IMG/VR virus record: IMGVR_UViG_2974673715_000001
Coordinates: 32,001 to 96,000 of that record
DNA: 64,000 nt
Strand: one strand, 5' to 3'
Source of the DNA: a virus
Taxonomy: Duplodnaviria; Caudoviricetes
A program made the position numbers and the translations under genes. Each line of letters opens with the position of its first letter. Position 1 is the stretch's first letter. The notes beneath the pieces are model-generated. The model did no database searches, was not told the DNA's origin, and saw only the letters and a list, made by a program, of their open reading frames with translations. Shown one piece after another: positions 17,472 through 25,095 of this stretch.

Positions 17472-17717
17472 ATGGGTGCTAAATGTGACGTGTGTGCTAA
17501 TTTTGATGAGACTTATAGGCAAGAAATGGAATTCCCTAAAGATTCCGATCATTGCATTCAAGATTATCAACCCGATCTTTATTACTATTGGGATAGTCCA
17601 ATAGAAGAGGATTATAATTGGAGAGACGAATTTCCTCATGCTGATTGTATGTGCGAGATATGTTTTGATATAGCAAACTCAGAAAAGAAAATCAAATGGA
17701 ATTGTGCCAGTTGTTAA
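17472..17717 (+). CDS. Cys-rich (possible Zn-binding) hypothetical protein
   Basis: CDVC...CMCEIC; AAGGAG RBS. Confidence 0.7.
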   Translation: MGAKCDVCANFDETYRQEMEFPKDSDHCIQDYQPDLYYYWDSPIEEDYNWRDEFPHADCMCEICFDIANSEKKIKWNCASC

Positions 17718-17761
17718 AGTGTCACATAGTTTCCCTATTCCTATACATTTACCTTTATAAT
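17703..17761 (+). promoter_or_regulatory. Palindrome-promoter module 9
   Basis: tgtgccagt-tgttaa-agtgtcaca; CCCTATT; TATAAT 17756-17761. Confidence 0.85.
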
Positions 17762-17783
17762 ATTAGTATATTCAACAAACATC

Positions 17784-18014
17784 ATGCACAACTTCAAAGA
17801 ATTTCTAGACTATTGTGAATCATTCTACAACCCATCACACCCAGATGTTTTATATCCTATTGATGGGTTAACTCGTGAAGAGTTAGCACTTGCTACACTC
17901 ACATACCTAGACTTATGTGCATCATCTGATGGTCAAGTAAACTGGGGAGACGGAGATAGTTTAGATCGTGAGAGAGTCAGAGATTTTGTTTACGCAAGGA
18001 GGTCAGTAGCATGA
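17784..18014 (+). CDS. Conserved phage hypothetical protein
   Basis: FLDYCESFY...LYPI...WGDGDSLDRERVRD. Confidence 0.75.
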   Translation: MHNFKEFLDYCESFYNPSHPDVLYPIDGLTREELALATLTYLDLCASSDGQVNWGDGDSLDRERVRDFVYARRSVA

Positions 18015-18184
18015 GGAAATTTATAATTCTAGAGAGATTTGTAGGTTATAATGATATAACGATCGAAGCGAATACCGAAGAGGAAGCGATCGAACTTTAT
18101 AATCGTGGACATTTTCCCGATAGTGCGGTAGATCAAGATGATATGTTTTACGATTTTGAATTTAGAGATATACGTCCAGAATGA
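18011..18184 (+). CDS. Hypothetical protein (57 aa, not in track)
   Basis: MRKFIILERFVGYNDITIEANTEEEAIELY...; AAGGAGG RBS. Confidence 0.7.
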   Translation: MRKFIILERFVGYNDITIEANTEEEAIELYNRGHFPDSAVDQDDMFYDFEFRDIRPE

Positions 18185-18360
18185 TGGAAGAATTAACAGA
18201 AAAACAAAAGTTGCTCATTCACTTGAATGAAGTTAAAAACATATTGAACAATTGCACATCACTTGATGATGAGTTAATTGGAATATACCAGAATTTTAAC
18301 GCTATCACATACGAGGACATTTTTAAACCATTAATGGACAGTTCAAATACTGTCACATAA
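18181..18360 (+). CDS. Hypothetical protein (59 aa, not in track)
   Basis: MMEELTEKQKLLIHL...; reads through palindrome 10. Confidence 0.6.
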   Translation: MMEELTEKQKLLIHLNEVKNILNNCTSLDDELIGIYQNFNAITYEDIFKPLMDSSNTVT

Positions 18361-18391
18361 TTTGACCATTCACACTATTATGGACTATAAT
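18334..18391 (+). promoter_or_regulatory. Palindrome-promoter module 10
   Basis: atggacagt-tcaaat-actgtcaca; CCATT; TATAAT 18386-18391. Confidence 0.8.
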
Positions 18392-18414
18392 AGTAGTATA
18401 AACAAAGAGGATTT

Positions 18415-18573
18415 ATGAACAACACTTATCAATTCACTGATGCACAGATGAGAGTCATCAATGTAATGCTCACATATTTTGACGAGTTGGGAATCAATCC
18501 AAAATACAAAACCGATTTTGAAAGTCTTTATGACTATATTCAAACAGGCGGAGAACTATTTTTAGGAGAGTAA
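18415..18573 (+). CDS. Hypothetical protein (52 aa, not in track)
   Basis: MNNTYQFTDAQMRVINVML...; GAGG RBS. Confidence 0.65.
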   Translation: MNNTYQFTDAQMRVINVMLTYFDELGINPKYKTDFESLYDYIQTGGELFLGE

Positions 18574-18574
18574 A

Positions 18575-18757
18575 ATGTCAGTATCACATCACGAGAGCAT
18601 TCTCGAAACTTGCTATGATGAAGCATGGATAGACTACGCAAAAGAGCATGGTCTAACATACGATCAACTTACAACACTTGAGCAAAATTCTGACTACGGT
18701 ATTCTACCAGAGATCGAAGCAGAAGCAAGAAAAAGATTTGAGGACTTGTGCCAGTAG
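18575..18757 (+). CDS. Conserved phage hypothetical protein
   Basis: MSVSHHESILETCYDEAW...ARKRFEDLCQ; AGGAG RBS. Confidence 0.75.
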   Translation: MSVSHHESILETCYDEAWIDYAKEHGLTYDQLTTLEQNSDYGILPEIEAEARKRFEDLCQ

Positions 18758-18805
18758 GAATACTGTCACATAGTTCCCCCATTCAACCCACCTATCCTTT
18801 ATAAT
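18747..18805 (+). promoter_or_regulatory. Palindrome-promoter module 11
   Basis: tgtgccagt-aggaat-actgtcaca; CCCATT; TATAAT 18800-18805. Confidence 0.85.
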
Positions 18806-18827
18806 AAGAGTAACAACAAACAAATCT

Positions 18828-19016
18828 ATGAGAATGACTAAAAAGCAAGCAGTTCAGCAATTTAGATGGGATTGGTCAGACTTCCTAAAATCTAACCCTA
18901 GTTGGAGGGGAGACAAAATTGCAAAGAGGTGTGCTTTTAATGATTTTGTTGATGCTCTCAACAAAGATGGTCTAGTTACAGATTATCAAGCATATAACTG
19001 GTCAAACCCATTCTAA
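18828..19016 (+). CDS. Conserved phage hypothetical protein
   Basis: MTKKQAVQQFR...FNDFVDALNKDGLVT...WSNPF. Confidence 0.75.
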   Translation: MRMTKKQAVQQFRWDWSDFLKSNPSWRGDKIAKRCAFNDFVDALNKDGLVTDYQAYNWSNPF

Positions 19017-19030
19017 GGAGATTTTTAAAA

Positions 19031-19288
19031 ATGACAACTATCGAACTTTTAGAAGAGTCACTCAAGCAGTTAAAGATTATTCAACTTGAAAATCTGAAGA
19101 GAGAACCGAACCACCCCAGAAACAAATTTGACTATACTGTTGTAGTTCCCGATACTGATCTAGGTTATCATGAACACTATACAATGGATTTAGAAGTTGC
19201 CAAAAAAAGTGCAATCGAGTGGGCAAGAGACTACGGTCGGGCATCTGTAGAAGATCGTAACCTAAAAACAGTATTCGCAGTGCGGTAG
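19031..19288 (+). CDS. Hypothetical protein
   Basis: AAGGAG RBS. Confidence 0.7.
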   Translation: MTTIELLEESLKQLKIIQLENLKREPNHPRNKFDYTVVVPDTDLGYHEHYTMDLEVAKKSAIEWARDYGRASVEDRNLKTVFAVR

Positions 19289-19347
19289 TGTGACAGTACG
19301 ATTAGTGGCACATGGTAACCCCATTGTCACTAGTTTACCTTTATAAT
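19289..19347 (+). promoter_or_regulatory. Palindrome-promoter module 12
   Basis: tgtgacagt-acgatt-agtggcaca; CCCATT; TATAAT 19342-19347. Confidence 0.85.
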
Positions 19348-19377
19348 AATAGTATAAGAAACAAACTTCTAAAAAAC

Positions 19378-19659
19378 ATGACAATCTCAGAATACAAAAA
19401 ACTTCTAAAAAACGACACTCTTATGATCGGTCTTGATGTATCTGAAGAGAAAACAAACAGAGTCATCAACAGAATTCTCGAAGTTGACAACTTTCAAAAT
19501 GTTGCTTGCTATTGTGCAGACTTCTCAGAATTTGTAGAAGAGTTGGCAGAGTGGGGTGTTGATGGGTGTGCTAAGGTCGATTTTGATGACCCTGATCTAG
19601 ACATTGCTAAACTAGACAGATTTATCAAATCTGAAAACGGATACATTAGGGGAGAGTAA
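19378..19659 (+). CDS. Hypothetical protein
   Basis: First ATG after module 12; the track start at 19312 lies upstream of the -10 box. Confidence 0.7.
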   Translation: MTISEYKKLLKNDTLMIGLDVSEEKTNRVINRILEVDNFQNVACYCADFSEFVEELAEWGVDGCAKVDFDDPDLDIAKLDRFIKSENGYIRGE

Positions 19660-19814
19660 TGGAACTAACCCCTAAACAACTTGAGTATGTCCTCGAATGT
19701 CTCAATTTTCATTATGCAGAGAATGAGCATATTAAAAAGGACATTATCGAACTTAACGCTAGTATATGCAGACTAGTAGCAAACCAATTACAGGAGATTT
19801 ACAAAAATGACTAG
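19659..19814 (+). CDS. Hypothetical protein (51 aa, not in track)
   Basis: MELTPKQLEYVLECLNFHY...; GGAG RBS; TAATG coupling. Confidence 0.65.
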   Translation: MELTPKQLEYVLECLNFHYAENEHIKKDIIELNASICRLVANQLQEIYKND

Positions 19815-20034
19815 AGCAGAATACGAGTTAGTTTTTCAAGCATTTAAAAACTATCGTCTTTATATGACAGATGAGCAAGAGGTCTTAAGCGAGAAAATTC
19901 TAGACGATCTTTTTTATCCCGAATTCGATAAACTTAAGGGAATCGAAGAGACCGCAGGAGATTTACCAGTTTTAGAAATTCCCGAAGATCTCGAAGAGAC
20001 CCCATCAGAAATTAAATCACTTAATTTTCGATAA
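19807..20034 (+). CDS. Acidic hypothetical protein
   Basis: AGGAG RBS. Confidence 0.7.
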   Translation: MTRAEYELVFQAFKNYRLYMTDEQEVLSEKILDDLFYPEFDKLKGIEETAGDLPVLEIPEDLEETPSEIKSLNFR

Positions 20035-20046
20035 GTCAACGTACCT

Positions 20047-20105
20047 TGTGACACTTTGATTAGTGGCACAGGGTTTCCCCATTTGTGGATCGCCCGCCCT
20101 ATAAT
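20047..20105 (+). promoter_or_regulatory. Palindrome-promoter module 13
   Basis: tgtgacact-ttgatt-agtggcaca; CCCATT; TATAAT 20100-20105. Confidence 0.85.
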
Positions 20106-20137
20106 TATAGTATAACAAACAAAGAAACCTTTTTATT

Positions 20138-20449
20138 ATGAGAAAAGTCGAAGCAACAATGAACTCAATGATTCGCAACGGTGTAGCATGGTCAGATGGT
20201 AATACTTGCACTACTTACGATAATGATGGAAATTGCCTAGTTTACCTACATGGCAATCATATCGCAACTGTAGGCGATTCATTCATGGCAATCTTTGACG
20301 GTGGTTATCAATCAAACACCACTAAGAGCAGACTCAACGCATTGCTACAAGAATTCAGACCACACACAAAAGTGTTCGCTAAAAACTTTCAATGGTTCAT
20401 TAAAGCACATAATTCAGTAGTTCCATTTATCTCAGGGAGTCTAGTATAA
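20138..20449 (+). CDS. Conserved phage hypothetical protein
   Basis: MRKVE...VYLHGNHIA...DGGYQSNTTKSRLNALL. Confidence 0.75.
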   Translation: MRKVEATMNSMIRNGVAWSDGNTCTTYDNDGNCLVYLHGNHIATVGDSFMAIFDGGYQSNTTKSRLNALLQEFRPHTKVFAKNFQWFIKAHNSVVPFISGSLV

Positions 20450-20700
20450 TGACAGTATTGAATGAGTATGAAAAAATGTTCAATACCGTCTTATCTCTAC
20501 ACTTTGGGAGAACATTCTGGATAGATGACGAAAATAACCTATGTTCAGCACCAACTTATAAAGATGGTTCTACACATTGGGAACAATGGGATTATGTTAG
20601 TGAGTGGACAGACTTAGAAGGTATCAACCTCGATAAATTACTTGATGTTCATAAAACTTGCCTAGAATATAAAAACTATGGTGCGGAGGATTTTACCTAG
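20449..20700 (+). CDS. Hypothetical protein
   Basis: TAATG coupling. Confidence 0.7.
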   Translation: MTVLNEYEKMFNTVLSLHFGRTFWIDDENNLCSAPTYKDGSTHWEQWDYVSEWTDLEGINLDKLLDVHKTCLEYKNYGAEDFT

Positions 20701-20921
20701 TGCATCATGTTCTTTATGAGTGGTCGGAATTAGTTGAAATTGATAAGCACGTTACCCAATTAGAAAAGGGAATCGAAGCAATCAATCAAGCGATTAAATC
20801 ATGTAACCTAACAGAGAACAAAGATTATACAGAACCACTATATAGAGTTAGATCGGAATTGAATAAACAACTCAATGACATTCTAGCACAATTCCCAGAT
20901 TATTCAAAACAATGCAAATAG
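20700..20921 (+). CDS. Hypothetical coiled-coil protein
   Basis: GGAGG RBS; GTG start overlaps the previous stop. Confidence 0.6.
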   Translation: MHHVLYEWSELVEIDKHVTQLEKGIEAINQAIKSCNLTENKDYTEPLYRVRSELNKQLNDILAQFPDYSKQCK

Positions 20922-21154
20922 GGGATATAATCACATTTAAAGGAGTGAAGGGTTTTATCACTTTTAAATGTAAGGATTATATTACCTATTGCATTCACCA
21001 GTATAAAAAAACAGATGAAGAAAGAAAACACGCCCGAAGAGAATACACACAGGTCAATGTTCTCATCTACCGACATGAGTGGGGTATCATTAAAACAACA
21101 GTTGAAGTATGTAAGGATAACGACAAGAGAATTGACGTTAATGTTATGGGATAG
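20912..21154 (+). CDS. Hypothetical protein
   Basis: MQIGDIITFKGVKGFITF...; overlaps the previous gene. Confidence 0.65.
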   Translation: MQIGDIITFKGVKGFITFKCKDYITYCIHQYKKTDEERKHARREYTQVNVLIYRHEWGIIKTTVEVCKDNDKRIDVNVMG

Positions 21155-21221
21155 TTATCGGAATTATTGGATAAAACAGCGAAGAGACAGAAATGCGGAA
21201 AATAAATAAATATTGAAATAA

Positions 21222-21328
21222 ATCTAAGTGTGTGTTTTATCTCTCGGTAAACCTCTCAGAGTAATGCACCCTTAGCACGCATCTCAACAGTTGTCAAGTC
21301 ATTCGAGGATATGCACACATTTCCAGAT
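21222..21328 (+). ncRNA. Candidate structured RNA (about 107 nt)
   Basis: Non-coding. 21229-21246 pairs with 21304-21319; inner stem GAG..ATGC/GCAT.CTC; ATAAATA at 21202-21208 upstream. Confidence 0.4.
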
Positions 21329-21333
21329 AGGGC

Positions 21334-21363
21334 TTGACATTATTGGGAGTTATGCCTTATAAT
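21334..21363 (+). promoter_or_regulatory. Sigma70-type promoter
   Basis: TTGACA-N18-TATAAT. Confidence 0.85.
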
Positions 21364-21393
21364 AACACTGTAAGGGTTTAAGAAAACAACTGT

Positions 21394-21621
21394 ATGCTTT
21401 CAACTAAGTCTAAAATGATCTACTCACTCTATAACGAAGAGCATGAATTACTAGGACAGTTCTCTAGTATATACGCAATGCAGATTTATGTTCATGATCT
21501 CAGAGTTGAGAGAGACGAATGGAGGGTACGGAAGAACCAGGATATAAGCGTATTTGATTATATCAAATCAATCGGTTATACTTGGGATTGTGTCCCTAGT
21601 TCTCAGGTAGGAGAGAGTTGA
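21394..21621 (+). CDS. Hypothetical protein
   Basis: ORF directly after the promoter; start could be 21415. Confidence 0.65.
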   Translation: MLSTKSKMIYSLYNEEHELLGQFSSIYAMQIYVHDLRVERDEWRVRKNQDISVFDYIKSIGYTWDCVPSSQVGES

Positions 21622-21646
21622 CAATGTAATTACCCTATGCTATAAT
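21618..21646 (+). promoter_or_regulatory. Perfect consensus sigma70 promoter with extended -10
   Basis: TTGACA-N17-TATAAT, with TG at the extended position. Confidence 0.9.
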
Positions 21647-21834
21647 ATGAGTAAATCGGAGGTTATCCAAATGTAACACTGAGAACAGTTACTGATTATT
21701 AAGAAGGCAGTCTTATAAGCCCCCTTAATGTTAAAATCGGCCACTACCCTAACCTACAAAGGTTCCCCAGAGCACTTGATATATTATTCATAATTTCATT
21801 TACATTAGTATTAAAAAAATTTTGGAGAATAAAA

Positions 21835-22071
21835 ATGCCCCTAGAGGACGATCTAAAAACAAACAAAGAATTTAGTGGTAGACAAGAGCGAAGAGTATGG
21901 GCGATTGAACAACTAATCAGACTGGAAGGGTGTTTAGATAACAGAATGTATGAATGTGCAGATCATGCTGCTTCTATCTACAATGTAAAGAATAAGGATT
22001 CACTATATACACTATGGACGGATTGGAAAAGGAATCATCCCACTACATATCCACCTAATAACAGACTATAG
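21835..22071 (+). CDS. Hypothetical protein
   Basis: GGAG RBS. Confidence 0.7.
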   Translation: MPLEDDLKTNKEFSGRQERRVWAIEQLIRLEGCLDNRMYECADHAASIYNVKNKDSLYTLWTDWKRNHPTTYPPNNRL

Positions 22072-22081
22072 ATGAAGAATT

Positions 22082-22249
22082 ATGTCCCACAGATTTACAC
22101 AAATACTAGAGGAAGATGACTACGGAGACTTACTACTCACTATCCCCTATGAATTGTGTCAAGAGATGGGTTGGAACGGAGGAACTGAACTACAGTATGA
22201 ACTCAATGATGATGGAACAGGTTTTATTTTAAAGAAAGTGAATGACTGA
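22082..22249 (+). CDS. AbrB/MazE/SpoVT-like small DNA-binding protein (55 aa, not in track)
   Basis: GDLLLTIPYELCQEMGWNGGTELQYELNDDGTGFILKK matches the swapped-hairpin pattern. Confidence 0.7.
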   Translation: MSHRFTQILEEDDYGDLLLTIPYELCQEMGWNGGTELQYELNDDGTGFILKKVND

Positions 22250-22466
22250 AAAAGATCAAGAAGAAATTTCTACAGCATTAAATGCTATTAATGAATGTTT
22301 ACTTGCTCTCAATACACGATTAGAGGCATTAGAGAAGCATGTTTCCGAACTACCAACCCCAGACAAAACATATTACAAACCAGAAGGTGAAGAAGACTAC
22401 CTAAATATCAAAGGTAACTATGACCTGATATATAAACGTCTTAAGAAACTAGAACATGGGATGTAA
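22242..22466 (+). CDS. Hypothetical coiled-coil protein
   Basis: ORF overlapping both neighbours. Confidence 0.7.
   Translation: MTEKDQEEISTALNAINECLLALNTRLEALEKHVSELPTPDKTYYKPEGEEDYLNIKGNYDLIYKRLKKLEHGM
22401..22407 (+). promoter_or_regulatory. Possible late promoter (CTAAATA)
   Basis: About 50 nt upstream of the first structural gene. Confidence 0.4.
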
Positions 22467-25095
22467 AATCACTGCTAGAGGACAGAACCCTATCTGTAAC
22501 TCTAATTCCCTTAACGATAATCACTGTTATGCGTACGATCCTGAGGCAACAGGGCAAGTATCGATCACTTACAGTGAATATCCTACTGCAACGATTCGAG
22601 ATAATACCCAATATTACATACCTGCAAGAGAACATAACTTCGTCATGTATAATGCTTCCGAAGTATGTCGTAACACTGGTCAATCATATTTTCAAACAGC
22701 AGGTGCATGTGGTAAGATATTTAAGGATCATAATTGTGTCAATAATAAAACTTGTCGATTAACCTTTGATTATACTCCTTCAGAACTTTCTTTTGACTTT
22801 GCTTACTCAGATGTATGGTTCTCATACTTATATGATACGTCTGTTAAAGCGGGTCATGTAGGAACTCCTGCGTATTATATTGAAGATGAGATCAAAACTA
22901 CGAGTGGAGGGTCTGGTTCTGGGTATGGTGGTGATAATCAAACCACTTCATCTAATTGTTTCCCTTGCACGAGTCAATTTACTTGCACCGCAGCGACCAC
23001 AGACATTAAGTATACCGCTCCCACAGATTATACGGGCGACCCCGACTGCCCTCACCCCACTCTATTCGGGTTTGGAACCACATCTAACAAGATCGCTTTC
23101 AAGTATGATGCGCTATCCACACAGATACCAAATGGGGCGGTGGACTTTGAGGTGGCAGAAATGGGTTCATCTACCTTTACTGATATATGGAATGAGAACC
23201 AACTACAAGGTACGCCATTCCTTTCCACTGCAAATAATAACTGGGTAGTTGATGGTGAAGCAGGTTTCGAGGATTTTGAGATATATGACCTAAATGGAGC
23301 ACAGATGACCTCTGGTTCTCCTAACTATAACAATAATGCAACTACAGGACTTAGGTTAAAGTTTCGTATTGAACCTAATCTTCTTGATAATGGCACCATT
23401 AACGGAACTAATTGGGAACTAGCGGAGGTTATGAGCAATGGATCAGGATATTCAGTAGGTGATACATTCGAGATATCCTATGCACATACTCATACTAACG
23501 GAAGCACAACTACATTTCAATTACAAGTTAGGGTAAAAACTGTAGGACAAATCAATTCAATAGGTAGTTCATCAGGTTTTGACCTACTGAGAGCGAATGA
23601 TACTGTCAATGGACATACCATTACCCGCGTTTTCCACACAGATCAAGAAAATTTCGAGTATCATGTCGCATACTTAGACGGAAACGGTAATAATTTTGCA
23701 AAAGATACTCAATATACATCAAATAGGGCGCACCAAATCACCACAATAGCAGGAAAAGGCATTCCCGACCGCGCAATCTTGATTGGAAAGTATGAATTTA
23801 TCGATAAATCTATGCAATTTGTCACCGCAGACGTAGATTTGGACGCACCAGACATTTATAACTCCATAAAACAACCAGATATAACACTTACAATCACAAA
23901 TGGGCGCGTAACAGGCACTACAATTGTCGATGGAGGGACTGGTTGGAACCAATTGAAGGAAGAACCTGACCTTGTTGTCACTGCACCACTCATTGAGAGT
24001 GGAAAAAACGCGGAATTGAAGGGTACGTTCTCTAATGGAGTGCTCACAGCGGTAGAAATTACAAATGCAGGTAGCGGATATGACGCAGATAATGCTCCAA
24101 AGGCATGGATTCGCAATATTTACAAGGAAGTTACCTCAACTCAAGAGAATTTTCCCGATGATGACTATACTCCCAACACTTCTAAGCAACAAGTTATCCA
24201 AATTTTGAATAATTTACCTAAAGCGGGGGTAGTTCCAGTCGATGTAGACTCATTTGCGACTGATCAACCCGAAACTTACCAAAGTTTGATTCAATTAGGT
24301 CTTACTGATAGTGAAATTAGAGCAGTTCTTACTGAAAATGAGGTAAAACGTTTACAAATTGACCCTTCTACGTCTCCAAAAGTGACACAAACCGAATTTG
24401 CGTCTCTAGATGCGATTTTTGACATTGAAGAAAGGCAAACTTTTACTGAAAAAACAACTCATATCAATATTAAGTCAGATCCTGACCGTAGAAGAGTTCA
24501 AAAACTAGGACAAAGAGGGTATTCCGCTAGTTCTTTGGATACTCTTCGTGATGCTACACAAAATGATCAGTATAGTTTGAACTTTTTGAACGATTCTGAA
24601 CTTCCCGACAAGGTAAAAACGTTTTTGAAAGATGATAAAGAGCAAAGACTTGCAAATAGAGATGCGGTTCTTGATGAAATGACACAAAAAGTGATTCCTG
24701 AGTATACAAACTATAAAGAAAACTTAGTTGAGACTGTTCAAGGTCCGTTAGTCAATCTTCCTGAGGCATCCACGGGGACTAAATATATGATGACACAGTT
24801 TCGTGCGGATCCTACGTCAAAAGTGAACTTAAATGTTACACTTTCTATGACACCAGTAAATTCGGGTAATTCACATTTTACTTGTAACCCTCCTACACCT
24901 TCAACAGGTGGAACAGTTACAGGCGGAAATGGTGAAACTATTGTAACTTCTTATCAAATGTCTAGTTTACTCGGACCTGGTTGTCAAGCGTGGAGTTGTA
25001 GCGGAACATTATCTGTTTACCATGAACTTGGTCGAGCAGGTGATAATGCTGCCCGCGCAGGTGCAGCGTACGGAAATCCTTTCACAATAACCTAA
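22456..25095 (+). CDS. Virion structural protein (baseplate hub/spike-associated)
   Basis: 879 aa; Cys-rich termini; ITNAGSGY-type repeats shared with baseplate proteins; coupled to the PAAR gene. Confidence 0.65.
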   Translation: MGCKITARGQNPICNSNSLNDNHCYAYDPEATGQVSITYSEYPTATIRDNTQYYIPAREHNFVMYNASEVCRNTGQSYFQTAGACGKIFKDHNCVNNKTCRLTFDYTPSELSFDFAYSDVWFSYLYDTSVKAGHVGTPAYYIEDEIKTTSGGSGSGYGGDNQTTSSNCFPCTSQFTCTAATTDIKYTAPTDYTGDPDCPHPTLFGFGTTSNKIAFKYDALSTQIPNGAVDFEVAEMGSSTFTDIWNENQLQGTPFLSTANNNWVVDGEAGFEDFEIYDLNGAQMTSGSPNYNNNATTGLRLKFRIEPNLLDNGTINGTNWELAEVMSNGSGYSVGDTFEISYAHTHTNGSTTTFQLQVRVKTVGQINSIGSSSGFDLLRANDTVNGHTITRVFHTDQENFEYHVAYLDGNGNNFAKDTQYTSNRAHQITTIAGKGIPDRAILIGKYEFIDKSMQFVTADVDLDAPDIYNSIKQPDITLTITNGRVTGTTIVDGGTGWNQLKEEPDLVVTAPLIESGKNAELKGTFSNGVLTAVEITNAGSGYDADNAPKAWIRNIYKEVTSTQENFPDDDYTPNTSKQQVIQILNNLPKAGVVPVDVDSFATDQPETYQSLIQLGLTDSEIRAVLTENEVKRLQIDPSTSPKVTQTEFASLDAIFDIEERQTFTEKTTHINIKSDPDRRRVQKLGQRGYSASSLDTLRDATQNDQYSLNFLNDSELPDKVKTFLKDDKEQRLANRDAVLDEMTQKVIPEYTNYKENLVETVQGPLVNLPEASTGTKYMMTQFRADPTSKVNLNVTLSMTPVNSGNSHFTCNPPTPSTGGTVTGGNGETIVTSYQMSSLLGPGCQAWSCSGTLSVYHELGRAGDNAARAGAAYGNPFTIT

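Noticed and set aside
19312-19377. N-terminal extension of the 19312-19659 ORF
   Set aside because: This ATG lies at the palindrome edge, upstream of the -10 box; 19378 is the likely start
8463-20070. CRISPR array interpretation of the recurring 24-bp palindrome
   Set aside because: Copies are degenerate and separated by 0.4-2.5 kb of coding sequence rather than constant 30-40-nt spacers; no cas genes are present
9522-20070. CRP or NtcA binding boxes
   Set aside because: CRP is TGTGA-N6-TCACA and NtcA is GTA-N8-TAC; here TGTGA and TCACA are 14 nt apart, so neither fits
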